From: Lama glama
Taxonomy: Eukaryota
NCBI GenBank assembly: GCA_028534125.1
Contig: CM052818.1
Location: forward strand, 12,340,001-12,404,000
DNA length: 64,000 bases
Direction: 5' to 3'
The notes below the pieces were generated by a model. The model searched no databases. It was not told the DNA's origin and saw only the letters and a list, made by a program, of their open reading frames with translations. A program made the translations under genes and the position numbers. Below are positions 25,923 to 39,190 of the stretch, piece by piece. The first letter of the stretch is position 1. Each line of letters starts with the position of its first letter.

Positions 25923-28900
25923 AGGGGAGACAGTGTGATGTGATTGAGATCCCATGATTTCAGCCCAGAGTTTGAAGTTTAAGACCTGATCTTCTCTTTG
26001 TTCCTTGCTCTGTAATTCCTCCCTGAAAAAAACAAACAAAAAACCCCAACAAGTTACAAAAACCTCACCTGCTATTGGTTTGCTGCCATTTAAATATCCC
26101 TGTTTCTCTCTGATTGATCTTCTGCCAATTGACCACCGATGTCTGCAGGACTTCCCTTTGTAAAACATCTAGATTTTGCTTGAAATAAAAGAATAAGGTT
26201 TGTATATGAAGTAATCAATACTATGCTTTGGTTTCACTATTTTGAAGACCTACTTTCTCTCATCCAGCAAACGTGGAAATAAAGGAGCTATTATTATGAA
26301 TATGATGCTTAGGTTTTAAAATTTTAAGGACAGATTTATAGCTCAAGTACATGCCACATGCCAAGGGAGGAAAGGGGGCAGGGACACGGCCACACCAAGC
26401 TCACCAGAGAACCTGCTAAGTATGTGCGAATAACACTTGAACACACGTGCCTAGAGGAGCAGGTCTGTTGTAACTTTTAACAATGACATTTTCTGTTTCC
26501 AATTAAATGGTGGTTCACTTAGGAGGTACCGTTCCCAAAGAACCAATCATTTTTGAACCTCTAAAGTCTCTGAATTGTATATTTTAACTCTGTCAACTCT
26601 CATCGCCTCCTGTAAAACATCACAAGATCCCAAGGTTAGAATTTATTTTATGAAGAAAGAACATTTTGTTTTGTTGTGTTTGCCTATGAGGAGAGAAAAA
26701 GTAAACACACATGGTCTTAAAGTGTTCAGCTGTTTAAAACTCTAACTTACGAGTAGTGAAGGAATGTATTCTCCTGTAACCACAGAGCTTTTTCTCATAT
26801 GTAATTCTGTTTTTAGGTGTTTCCTCAGAAGACCCCTGTTTTTTCTCCTTCATCCTTCTCTTCCCTCCCTCTTTTGACTGATAGCTAACAATGGTCTTTT
26901 ATTTGGATTATCCAACTAATTACATTTTTTTAACCAAACCATATCATTTTGAGGGGTATTCCCCATTTGTTGCTTTGGGACTGGTGTTAAATATTTGCTT
27001 GAACACTCTCTTGAAATCCCTGGGAGATTGATGAGACTAAGGATTTTCCCAATCAGGACTGAGATGTCTTTCTGTGCCTTTTACCTTCTTCCCTAGATAA
27101 GGGAGTGAGAAAAGAATGATCTTCTACACTGAAAACTATGATGTACTGGATTCACAAGTACTTATCACTCATTCATCATCCTATCCCTAAATCATTCATG
27201 ATTTCATTGTACTCTGTCTGTACCATTTATTTGTCCATCCAATAATCTATATAATTATCATTTCTTAAGCAATTAGTAATCTAGGCAGTCTGGTAAAATA
27301 GACTAATGCACGGTCCTCTCCCTCAGGGAGCAAAGAGAAGAGTCATCAGGTTGCTTGGAATAAATATTGAGTCTTAATTAATTTACCAACTTCGCCTGTA
27401 GGTTTAAAAGCACTCTTTCACCCACAAAATACCCAACTTATTAGTAAGGTTATTTTTCTCAGCAATTATTAAGTTTCCACAGTGATTTAAGTAAAATCTA
27501 TATTACCTTTAGCTTTCCAGATCACCATTTTGGCAGAAAGAGATAAGACAGGTTCAAAAGACTGTGGAATAAGGTAACATTATCAACTATAACCTCCATG
27601 CAAAGCGTGTTCAAATTTCATATAAATGTGACCAGCTGTTAAGAATATTATGTGCTTCCTAAGATGAGTAAAACCTAAGACTCTCCATACATTGGCATGT
27701 GCTTTTAAAATGCATTTTCATGTTGCATTATGGAGAGATTTGCATAGCTTAATATAACCACAATGAGGGTATCAATTTAAGTATCCAGTGAACCCTTCAA
27801 CCTGTGGAGATTTTCTTCTTACAAATGAAAAGCTGAAACTGTTACTCACCTTGCTCCCAGAATAGAACCGAGGGGGACTCCGGATGGAACTGAAAAGGCA
27901 TACAAATGCAAAATGGATAAAAAGAAATCCTTTCAATTTTGTTACAGACATAGCCTATAATCAACCCATGGATTTCATTGCTAGTGAAAGAAAATCACTG
28001 AAACAAATAACATTGCAGGGCTTTAGAAATACACATTTATATAAATGAGAATAACATTTTCCAGCTCTTCTAGTAGGTTCAAAAAGTCCTGTAGGGAAGA
28101 CAACAACAAAGACATCCTCATGTTTCTGGGCATGTTGTCATCCTCTCCGGGCCTGGGAGAGTCCGCACCCTGGCTGTAGACCCACCCCGGCTGTAGACTC
28201 AACAAGGACCCTAGGCTCCCATGTGTTGCCCCACAAGGGCAGCCTGATGGTTCTACTGGGAGAGAGAGTGTGAAGCACAAATTCCACCCGTGGCTTTCTG
28301 GTTTCTCTTTACTGAAAACAGGCCTGTTTTCCTTAACTCTCCGAGCTCTGTACCCATCTGTTCAATAGCAAAGTGAGAGGTACTAGATATAGCAGGAGTG
28401 ACTCCCTGGGCTAGGCTTTCTTTTTGTTCTTCTTCACCTAGAGTTTAACTGGGTGGCTGCTAACACATGCTACAGCCACCCCTCTGATGCCCATGCACTT
28501 GTGTTCTGAGAACTGAGTATTGCCCTGCTTCCCTTGCGGTGGCTCACTGGCCTCCGACGCAGGCCAGACAACCTGTTTACTTGGGGGAAGAGAATGGTAC
28601 ATCCAAGACGAAGTAGAGACATTAAATGTCACAACTGACAGACTCTTGAGAATCAGAGGATTTTAAAAATTTTAGACAGAATAATGCAGGGATGCTTTTC
28701 TAATTTTAGGGCCCTTTCTTGGAATGATGGTTGCATTCATTTTGCTACTAGGCCTTGGTGTCCACATAAAAGAGCAAGGGATTATTGAGTTACATGGGAA
28801 CGTGAAAGAGTGACTTAATTCTCCTAGGAGATGTGGGACGAGGCAAGGCCACTTTTCTCTCCACCTCTGCTTTTAAAAATGATAAATTTTCCTTTTATCT

Positions 28901-29399
28901 TACTTAATAATATTAATACCTGGGCACTGAGGAAACATGCAAATAAAAAAATCCACCATTAACATTTTAGAATGTATTTATTCTCTCTTTTGCTTTTTAT
29001 CCATGCACACACAGTTTCTCTCCACCTTCTCTGTACAATCTTTCCCTCTTTCATCTATCCATCCGTCCATTTACCTGTCTATCTCTGTACTAGACCACAA
29101 AACCTGAGCACACTTTTCCCCAAACTGCTCTGTTGTAAAAGCTTCCAAAAGGTTCCTTACAATTGTTCACAAACCAGTCTGTCAGCAGGTACCGGCATGA
29201 TGCATCTACCATGTTTTCCTCTCTTAGGTTCTGATCTGGTGTCTGGGCCTGAGAAGTTCATTTTAGGGTGTTTTAGCGTTATCACTGCTGATGGTGGCCT
29301 TCATGGAAATGTCTGTGACGAGGCCATAGGTTTTCTTTTGGGATTTTGTTCTTCTGACAGCCCAGGCCAAAACCTGGATTGCCATCGCTGATTTTTGTT

Positions 29400-30150
29400 T
29401 CCTCCTTCTTTCATGATACAAACTCTAGGTAAATCCTGACCCCTCTAGTGTAATCTAGCATCACCTCTGGATTTAAGAGCGCCTTAGTCTCCCTGCTTTC
29501 TATTCTGCACAAAACAGGGAGAATGATTTTTTTTTCTTTAAACCCGCATAAGATCATTTCACTTGCTTTCACGAGGCTTCCCCTCTGAGCCCCTCTGCTT
29601 CCTCTCGTGGTTTGTGCCCTTTAGCCCCAGTCTCTGCACAGTTCCCCCGGCTGCCAAGGTCTCCTTCACCTGTATTTTCCCCTCAGGCTGGCATGCTCTC
29701 CAGGCACCTGTAGGGCTCACTCTCTCTCTCTTCATTCAAATCTCTTAAAATTTCTCTGTGTTCTACCACCCCCACTAAATCCGGCCCTTTACTACCATAC
29801 TGTTCCTTCTCCAATTTACTTTTTCATAATATTTTTCATTATGTATCCCTATATAGTATGTTAGAATCTACTATATAATATTTTTACATATTATGGTATT
29901 TAATATATTATAACATATGGTATAGTTATATATAATATAATATGACTGTATATAATATATATTATAATTATATATTTTATATAGCTATATTATATATTAT
30001 ATATATATATATTTTTTTTTACCTGGTAATTGTTTCTTGTCCAAGAGCAGAAAATATGTTTTATTCACTTTTGCATTCCCAGCAGCATAACCAGGCTCAA
30101 TAAGTCTTGAAGTCATGGCTCAATAAATGCTTGTAAATTGAATGGGTTTG
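29400..30150 (+). mobile_element. LINE L2 3' region interrupted by a TA-rich tract
   Basis: gatcatttcacttgc...ggctggcatgctctc...ctcttcattcaaatctc, resuming after the tract as ttttattcacttttgcattcccagc...ggctcaataaatgcttg. Confidence 0.65.
29830..30020. repeat. (TA)-rich low-complexity tract
   Basis: tatataatatatattataattatatattttatatagctatattatatattatatatatatatat. Confidence 0.9.
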
Positions 30151-30499
30151 TAAACAAATGGAAGTCGTCAATCTCCAGGGTGCCAAGGCGAGGCTGGGAT
30201 CTGTGTTTAGATGAGACAGTCGTCTCCTCAAGTGTGTCGCTTGGGGCCAAAATAGCAACTTTTTTACCCAAGAATATCTCAGAATCAGTCATCTTTGCTC
30301 ATTAGCTAAACCAAAAGGCAAAAATTCACTAGTAAAATACTAGCTTCATGTTTGCATATTCCCTTGTCACAAGGTGGGATTAAATCGGTTCATGCCTGAG
30401 TCCTCAACTTTTTTCCCCCAGACATTCTTTTCCTGACTTCTTTTTCCAGTCATCTCTCCCTACACACAAGCATGTGTATGAAACCTTCTCAGTCCTACG

Positions 30500-31160
30500 T
30501 GCAGAACAGAAACCCCATAGTATATACAATTACATTATTGGTCTACAAACTGCTTATTACTCAATAATCTTTTTTTCTTAAAAATAGAATACCAGCTATT
30601 ACTATGACATTACTTATTTTTCTACAATGCCTTTGTTATTAGCAGTATAGTATTTATCTTGTAATTCTATAGAATAATTTATGTATTCATCCCTCTTTTT
30701 GGTTATTACACTATTTCTAATTTCTTGCTATTACAAAGAGAATTACCATGAATATCCCCGGGGCTGATTGCTGACTCAAGGGATTCGCACCTTGTTAAAC
30801 TTAATCACCTTCCGGGATTATTAACAGCATTTGCACACTTAGCAGCAGTGCCTGACAAGGCCCATATCTGGTCACCTTCATAACACTAAGTCTTTTCAGT
30901 CTTTTTAATCTTTGAAAATCATAGACCCAAGTGACATCTCGTTGTTTTAAAAAATTTATATTTTTAAAAAACTTGACAGGTTTTAACATTTCATATTTAG
31001 TAAACATTTATATTTTTGTTCATGAACCTAATTTATGTCCTTTGACCATTTTTCTCTATTAGTATTTGCATTTGCTTTTACATTTAAATGAACAAGTAAC
31101 GTCTTCATTAGGAATATTAAACATTTACAAATAGGAAATATTTTATTAAAGTTCCACATT
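30500..31160 (-). mobile_element. Ancient L1 (L1ME-like) 3' fragment
   Basis: ttgctattacaaag...atgaatatcc; atttgcacacttagcagcagtg; ttatgtcctttgaccattttt. Confidence 0.55.
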
Positions 31161-31459
31161 GGTCCTTTCAATGACCAAGAGTGAGATGGCTTTGTTACTG
31201 TAGAGAAACCACAGGTATGAACTACAGTTTGGTACCGACAGTGGCTCATCTCTCATCTCTGAATTTTCTCTGATGCTCTCTAGGGCTAGAATCTTACATC
31301 TTCTCTTTTCTGTTTTGAAAAACTTCCTCAAGAAAAAATTTTAAAGGGCACATGGGATTAATTTTCTCAGCCTTAAATATCTCCAAAGGTCTTTATTTTC
31401 TCCTTTGAACTTGGTTGACAGTTTTTAGCTATGACTTCCTTGTCATCTTAAACCCAGTG

Positions 31460-31778
31460 TGGCTGTTGTAAAGGCCAGTTACATTCTGAGACTACATAAA
31501 ATGACTGGCCAACATGACAGGACACGGGCTTATCCCCTTGCCTCAATCTGGGGGTACCTCTGAAGAGCCCTCTCAGCTTCTGAGCTCCTGGCGGAATGAG
31601 CTAAAGCCTCTGTTGGAGCTGCATCTCAGTTCAACTTTTTTTTCTCGCCCAGTCCTGCAACTGACGTTCCCTCACAGGTGGTGTTGTGGTTGTTGTTTTT
31701 GTTAGAACACTCCCCAGTAAACTTCCTGCATGCAGATCTGTGTCTGAGCCCATTTCTTAGGGCACCTGATCCAAGACA
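31460..31778 (+). mobile_element. ERVL LTR (LTR16 family), 3' part of the 5' LTR
   Basis: ctctgaagagccctctcagcttctgagctcc...gctgcatctcagttcaactt...cactccccagtaaacttcctgcatgcagatct...ccaagaca. Confidence 0.8.
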
Positions 31779-33453
31779 GTTGTTCCCAAGAGTGCACTGA
31801 GGAATAAATCCAGATCTTAAATTGAGATGTTGGAACTAGGTCATCGATGAACGGTTGGTAATGAGGGCACCATCACTGGTGCTGGGTGGAGTACAGATAG
31901 CCTCTGGAATGCCTTTGTAGTGCAGTGGTTAAAACTCTCACCAGTGGTGGGCTGGCATGGAAAATCAGGAAAGAAGTTCATTGGCAGTGCAGTATTGTAG
32001 GGGCCTGAGAACTTCAGGGTATGTAGTAATTATATGGAATATGGAATCCTGTAACTCTTAATGAGTATAGGCTATACTTTGGAGAAAGAAATACGAGGAG
32101 TGATTTATCACCAACTTAATGTAAACAGTAAAAGTCAGAAAGGCTCCTTCGAAGTGTGCAAAAGGATACTATTTCTTGCAGCCAGAGGATAGAAAAAGCT
32201 GCAGATAATGGCTAGGACTTAATTTAAAAGGTAACAGAGCTTCTTAGAAGATTGAATTCTCAATCTGGCAAGTTTGCTATGCTCTGACTCTGGTTGGGAA
32301 GGAAAGGGGTTCTGAGCCTTGGGATTGGATATCTGAGTCAAATCCTTTGGCAATGTTGAACCACATATCCCCCGAATGGGTCTTCTGGATCTGTAGAATT
32401 GTCCCACTACACGCTTGTTTAAATAAAGTGCCAAAAACCTTGTCTAATAAGGCAAGATGGACCCTCTCCCCGCCCAGGATTTACCCTTACCACCTCTCTT
32501 GGCCACAAGACCAATAGTTAGGATGAAAATGCAGCATTTATCGGGGAAAGTTCTGGGTTTTCCAACAGATAAAAGGAATTTTACATGGAAAGATCTGAAA
32601 GACATAGTCAAGTTGTCTTGGTGGGATCCAGGTAAGTATGTTTTGCCTGGATGTTGAGAATGCTGGATCAAGGAGAAGAATGTAAATTTGGACAAGGGAG
32701 AGTTTACTGAGTTGGGAATGCTTTCCTGTGATAAAGGATTTCCCACCCTGCAAGGACCCTGTAAGGCAGTGTTTCTATGCTACTGGTCACTTGGGAAAAG
32801 AAGTATTCTGCCCTAAGTAAACTAGAAATGACAGAATTGCTGTGGTAGTTGGTGGAAGATGGTATCAAAAGCCTTAAGGAAGTGGACATGTTGGCATGGA
32901 TATATTATGTAAGACCGGAAAACCCCTTGCTAACTATATTCTGTGTGAGAGCCCATTCAAATAGACTAGTCAATAGTACACATTTACAGACTTGCCCAGG
33001 GATGATGTTAATTAACTCTTCTGTCCTCTCTAATAGCCCAATGATCTCATGTTAAACAATTCAGATGAGCAAGATGTGGCGAGTATGTTCATGTCATTCG
33101 TGATACATATGTGCCCCAGAGAGTGAGAGAAAAGCCTATTAAGGTTCAAGGACCTATCACATTAGGGAATTTTATCGAAGTTGAGTGATCTGGGGGGCAT
33201 GCTAGAACATTCCCTCCAAACTAAAGTGTGTATTATTTGATTTCCCAGATCCCACCACGAAGAAGGAAAAACAACTCTTGGTAAACCTCTTTGAGATATG
33301 GAGGCAGTTTATTCTACCCTTTGGTAGAATATTCATCTACCAAATGACATGGAAAGCTGCCAGCTCTGGGTGTGGCTGACATCAGGAAAGGACTCTACAG
33401 TGGGTCCAGATTCTGGTGTCATTAACCCTACTATCTGGCCCATCTGACCCAGA
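31779..33453 (+). mobile_element. ERVL internal remnant (ERV3-16A3-like): decayed gag joined to an RT fragment
   Basis: gag-like peptides QDLPLPPLLATRPIVRMK and VEDGIKSLKEVDMLAWIYYVRP; from about 33035, an RT-like run (PNDLMLNNSDEQDVA ~ YIDDIMLIGPSEQEVA; KVQGP; PTTKKE; GPSDP); many stops and frameshifts. Confidence 0.85.
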
Positions 33454-36400
33454 AATAATCACTTACAGCCAAGTAATTTTTTTTCAAAATTTGTTTTTAG
33501 TCATCTTTGTCCCATATGGAGACAGAATAGTCAAATATAACCAGATAAGATGTAAAGAATGGTAATTTTTAATAATATAGTGAAATTCTGAAAAAAAAAA
33601 AGACCATCACCAAGGTATTTGATATCCAACTTGGGCATTTATTACCAACTAGCTCAGTCTGGTCTGGTGTACACCTTATATTCTTATAGGAAACCTAATT
33701 CCTTATGGCGGAGTATTGTTTTATTAGTAGCAATTTTTTGCTTATAGTGATATGTTCTATAATGTTGCAGCAGTTATATGAAATAAACTTAATGGGGTAT
33801 CATCATTAATTTTTAGGAAAATGTGAACATAGTAGATATGTCCAGAGGCAAAGGATTATGCAGCTCAACTCTAAAGAAATGAATTGTTTCTCACATGGTT
33901 TACATTTTCTTGTCTTATAAAAGCAGTCATAAGCCATAAATCATAAGTACTGACTACCAAGAAGTCAGTACCTGGATGAAAATATCTGACCTGTAGGTCT
34001 AATCTAATTTCACTATCTGATTAAATCAGTGATTATTTCATGATTTTCTTCACAATGAAAATGAATACCTGTCACATGGGAAATGATGCCCACAAGTTGT
34101 GCGATATTGCAGACTGAGGGCATGAAGGCAAGAGAAACTTGGTTGGTCATTAAAATGGGAGTGGGATTAAAACCAATTGCTATTTGTAATTGTTACACTA
34201 GTTCTTTATGCTTTCTTTTTATGCAAGACAATGTGGCTATTTCAAGAAGATAATAAGTTGGTACTAAAATAATAAGTTGGGGTGAAATAAAAATGATTTC
34301 TTCTTTATAAGGAATCCAACTCTCTTATTACCTCTAAAAGCTAACGTATCTTTCCCTTTGCCTCTCTTACTTCACACCCACTACTGGGAGATTCTGAAAA
34401 AAAACTGAGGTGTACTTGCAAATCAATAGCTACACCACCTGGGAAATGGGCACCTATATAGAGATCCATATGGGTAAAACTTTGTTTAAGAAACAGTTTT
34501 TTTCTCTCTGCCACCTGTATGCTGTATTTCCTGTCTAAGGGTGGTATGATGCTTTGTGCCAATCCTGGACTTTGTTGACCACATGTAATTTTCTGATCCC
34601 ATTTGTCCTTATCTAGACTCTGCTCCAGCCTAGCCAGACTGTAGGCTGCTGTGGCTTGGTCTTAATTCCCACCTCCATGGCATCTCGACTGCCCCTTCTC
34701 TTATCCACATTCATCACTTCCTTCAAGCACTAACTCCCAAATTCTCTCCTTCCTAGAACAAGGCCTGCTTTTACTTTACCTTTTTGAGCTCCCACACTTT
34801 TTCAGTTTTCCTTTTCTTCTTGCTCATATTTATTCCACAGAACTTAAAGCTTCGTATTTTATCTATCCCAGTTAAGTTCAAGGAGTGTTGTGTTATGTTT
34901 TCTTTTGTCCACCTAAAGAACTCATTAATTCATGTTGTCCTTACTTGATGCAGGCTGTTTACTGTGAATTTACTTCTTGAGATAATTCTTGTCTCTTCAG
35001 TATTGATTTTTTCCCCTTTACTTTGAGGTGAGATGGAGGGAAGGCAAAATAATTGCAGATTTCAACTTTTTGCATATTCATTAACCGAGGGGGCTGCAAA
35101 AGGATCATGCTGGTTTCCGCTACTCTGGCTCTATTTTCTCATCTGCTATTACGTTGCCCCAACCTCCTTCAGTCTCCCTTGCACTGCCGACTGGTATCAA
35201 TACACAAGGTTCAAATGCTCTATCAAAATAACAAGCAACCAAAAAGTGTAGTTGGTTTTGTGGATAGTTTTGCTATCATGTTTCTTTAACTTGAAGTAGT
35301 TGTTGAGTTTCGGGCCGAAGATGAGCCAAATATAAAAGAAAAGCAATACTCTAGCAGGAGTTATGTGGGGAGGTGTCAGTGTTCATTGGGGCTCATTCCA
35401 ATCCCATCACTTGATGTTCAATCTCTTAGGAAAATGGAGACAGTGCTCTGGTGAGCATAGTGTTCAAAATGGCTACAGCTGTGTGGGGAATGCAGTTCTG
35501 GAACTTTAAAGGTACAGTGCCTGGGACTGACGATGTGCTCAAATACATTTGTGGAATAAACAATTGAATGAAAAGGAATTAATAAATGGTAGTTGTAGGT
35601 TTCTGTTTCTCAGAGGGCCAACCAGGGCAGAGAAGCTATGGGTAGGATCTCTGTAATAAGGCAAGCTTAAGGCTGACAACCATCACTCATAACATTAGCA
35701 GGGACATGACTGTTAGAAATTGGCCTAGGAAGCTCAAAGCACACTGAACAAAATTAAAAATAAATGTGCAAGTAGGATTATTTTTCTGTCACATTGTAAA
35801 TTTATGTGCAATATATAAATATGAGCATCTGCCCTCCTTTGAGGGAAAAACTATTAACCAGTAAATTCCTAGTATGAGACTCAGTTTTATTCTCCTGTCC
35901 TTTACTGCCTTCTCTTCCACATTCCAGAAGTTTCACGTGAAGGATTATTGATATACAGGTGACAGGCTTTAAATCAAAGCACACAGCTAAATGAGGCTTT
36001 ATTTGAAATCTTTCCTTTAGCATAAAGGTAAACAGTGGTTTGTTCTGCATTCAGCTGACACAGAAGTAGAAACAAATGTTTGAGGTTGCAAAATGGAGCA
36101 TGGTTTGCTCACTTATAACTAATGTTTCCAGACATGACTTACTTCTTGAGCCCTTATGAGTAAAGTTCTATCAGATGCTATAGATAAATTTGAAAAAGAA
36201 CACGTGTGAGTACCTGCCCTCAAAGAGAATGCCATCTAATTTGGGAAAGATAGAACACGTCTATGTGATAAAGACGAAATATGTATGTGGGATCAAAATT
36301 GGAATAAGAGCCAGTAAATAAATTCCACATAAGTGATGCATATAATAGAAAAGCACAATTTCCACCGAGTTGTGATAAGGATGACATTTTGTAGGTGACT

Positions 36401-37700
36401 CAGAGAAGGCTTGTGCCTTCACAGTAAAAATAGCTCCCTGAAAACAAGTACTGTAAGTCAGCCTCCTTTAAACACCATTTTGGCAGGTGAATGATAACTG
36501 TGTCAGCTGCGATTTTTCTGAGCAAAAAGAGGGGTTATATGTGAGGCCTATAGGGGCAATAATGGGATGGCAAAAATAATCGCTACACGGACAAGTCTTG
36601 GGGTCCACGCTTGGCCAGAAGCACAGATGTCAGTGCAGCTCCTGTGCTGAGCAAGTGAAACTCAGGGGGTGTAATCCTAAAACAACTTTGTATTAATATC
36701 CTCTTTCCATTTAAATTTATCTCTGGGGCTTTTTCTTTCTCTGGGGCCCCACAGCAGTTCTCTTTATTCTTAAATCATAAAACATCTTAGAGACAAGTTC
36801 AGTCACAGAACCCGGGCTCAGTTCAGCAGTAAGCACGATTCATACCGTCAAAAACAGGTAATACTCAAAACCTGGAGATTTGTTTAAAATTTAGACCCCT
36901 CCCCCTGCCACAGGTGGGGAGATTACCGCAAGGACAAGGGACCCGGCGTCTTCTCTCTGACCCCATCTTAGCTTGTATGTTCCTTCCACCAGCCTGCTCA
37001 GTGCAGCTGTTTCTGAGCACTTGGGGTTGGTGCCTGGAGAAGGAGGGGATCAAAAGTGACACAGAAGGTGCTGCTGCACTGGCACAGTCACAACCCGATG
37101 CTGGTGCTTCTGGGAGTTGTGGGTGTTCAAGCTGGCAGTCTCTCCCTGTGCCCTCCCCCATCCCTATTCCTATCCCTACCTCTGTCCTGAGCATTTCATG
37201 GCTTCCTTGGAGAATTCCCCTATTTCTGAGGATTTTCCCCTGGGACTTCCTTTGGAAAGGTCAGATACATCTCTATTCTGGTTTGATGACTGACTCCTTC
37301 CTCTGCTGTTAGGAATCCAATCTTACCTCTAGTTTATCTAGTTTCTCTCTCTGGGTAGTCCTCTTGGGCAGATCTTAAAGGAACCACGTGGGCCCCTTCT
37401 TGTAGAAGGCTTACGTGGTCCATGGAGTCACTCACATACTTGTGTGTGTGAAGTTGTTACCAACTAGATGTTGAATGCCTGCTTTGAACAATTTTCACTG
37501 GATAATTTTTTATCAGATTTTTTTCAAAGTTCATCACTTTTTATTATTTATTTATTTATTTAAGGTTTTTTTGGGGGGTGGTAATTAAATCAAATTTTCT
37601 ATTTAGTTCTTTTTGTGGAAGGATCGTCTTTGAGTCATGGCTGAAATGCATCATCTTAACATCTCTTTTTAATTAGTATATTGGTTAAGGAAATAAGCTA

Positions 37701-37816
37701 AAAAATATATATATAATTATATTATATTATATATACATATATATAAAACAGAATCACTATGCTGTACACCAGAAACTAACACAGCATTGTAAATCAACTA
37801 TACTTCAATAAAAAAA
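37701..37816 (+). mobile_element. Young cetartiodactyl-type L1 3' terminus
   Basis: gaatcactatgctgtacaccagaaactaacacagcattgtaaatcaactatacttcaataaaaaaa. Confidence 0.85.
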
Positions 37817-37871
37817 TCCACATTACTCAACAATAATGAAAGAATTGTTACCACAGTAACAAAAAAAAAGA

Positions 37872-38022
37872 AGCTATATAACTTTGATCAACTCAGTTAA
37901 CTCTTCTAAGCTCTAGTTTTCTAGACTTTTTTTTGGAAGATTAAATGATAATCCTATGTATAGCCCTTAGCACATGGCCTGACATGTAGGAAGTGACCAA
38001 TATGTGGGAGCTATTATTATTT
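37872..38022 (+). mobile_element. MIR SINE fragment
   Basis: gttaactcttctaagctctagttttct...gaagattaaatgataat...cttagcacatggcctgacatgtagg...gctattattatt. Confidence 0.7.
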
Positions 38023-38904
38023 AGTATTTGTAGACTCATTGGGCTTGAGAACAAGAAAAAATGCATATTTATTTGCACTCTCTGAAGATGTGTCAATCTT
38101 GTAATTATCACTGTACCTTGAGATTTCAAAATAATAAATAGGTCTAGTGACTTGAGTATTTGCTGAAATATTTATTCTCTCCTGTACAAGGTTTGGATGT
38201 CTTCAATATTTTATTCACTCTGAGTGTGCAATTCCCCTTTTTTCTTTTCTAACTGCTCACTTTACTTGAAGGAAATAAGGAAAGGGGTTTATTAACATGC
38301 TCTGATGTATATGTCCTTTCCTAACACTGCTTTTTACAGGAAAAATGTTTTTTGGTGATAGAACAGAGTGGTGTGAATAGGGCAACAGTAAATCTGTCCT
38401 AAAGCCACTTTCCAATTGTAAATCATCATTATGGAGGATTGGCTTTCTGCTCATGGTGACACTTTACCCAGTGAAGTGACCGGAAGAATTGGAAGTGATT
38501 TCTACAGTAGCATCCTCTTTGGCATGATTCATATCTGCCCTCATCTCAGCCTGAGCAAGTGGAAGCTTAGTTTCTGGTATTGAGGATCAAGATGGCAGCC
38601 CCACCACAGTGAAATCTCTAGTCATTCTTGCACCTCCCACATTGTCAGCTTCCGGTAGATACAAATTTTTTTTTAAGCTGTTATTTGATTTTTGTCAATG
38701 CCTGCTTTAAATTGAATCTGTTTTTCATTCCTAACTTGTAGGTATGAGAGTCATAATCTAACAAAACAATAGGTTACTTCTTTAAATTACTAGGAATTCA
38801 CAAAGATACCTTATGTAATTATGTGCTTCATCCAATTATTTTTTTACAGTGAGATGAATTATTTTAAAATAAAATTAGTATAAAACATCAGTTGAATATT
38901 AATA

Positions 38905-39050
38905 CATTTTTATTTTGTTTTAAATCTTTGTTATAAAATAAAACACAGATCCAGAAAACCACACTAAACAAAAGTGTAGTTTAATGGTTTATTTCAAGTA
39001 AAAACCTTATAACTACCACCCAGCTCAAGAAAGAGAATTTTTTCAGCTAT
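38905..39050 (-). mobile_element. Ancient L1 (L1ME-like) 3' end
   Basis: agtgtagtttaatggtttatttcaagtaaaaaccttataactaccacccagctcaagaaagagaa. Confidence 0.6.
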
Positions 39051-39190
39051 GTTTTCTTATAAATGTTGCCAGTGGGTTTTTCTGGTTTTACTATCTAGTT
39101 CCTCTGCTCATTCTGATATGGGGATTTGAAGAATTTCGAAAGCTTTGCCATTACTACATTCTTCATGATTTTCTTTTTAATTATAAGATT

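Noticed and set aside
32457..33055. Possible domesticated ERVL gag (Fv1-like) gene
   Set aside because: Only 60-70 aa fragments remain, with stops and frameshifts; this is a decayed provirus.
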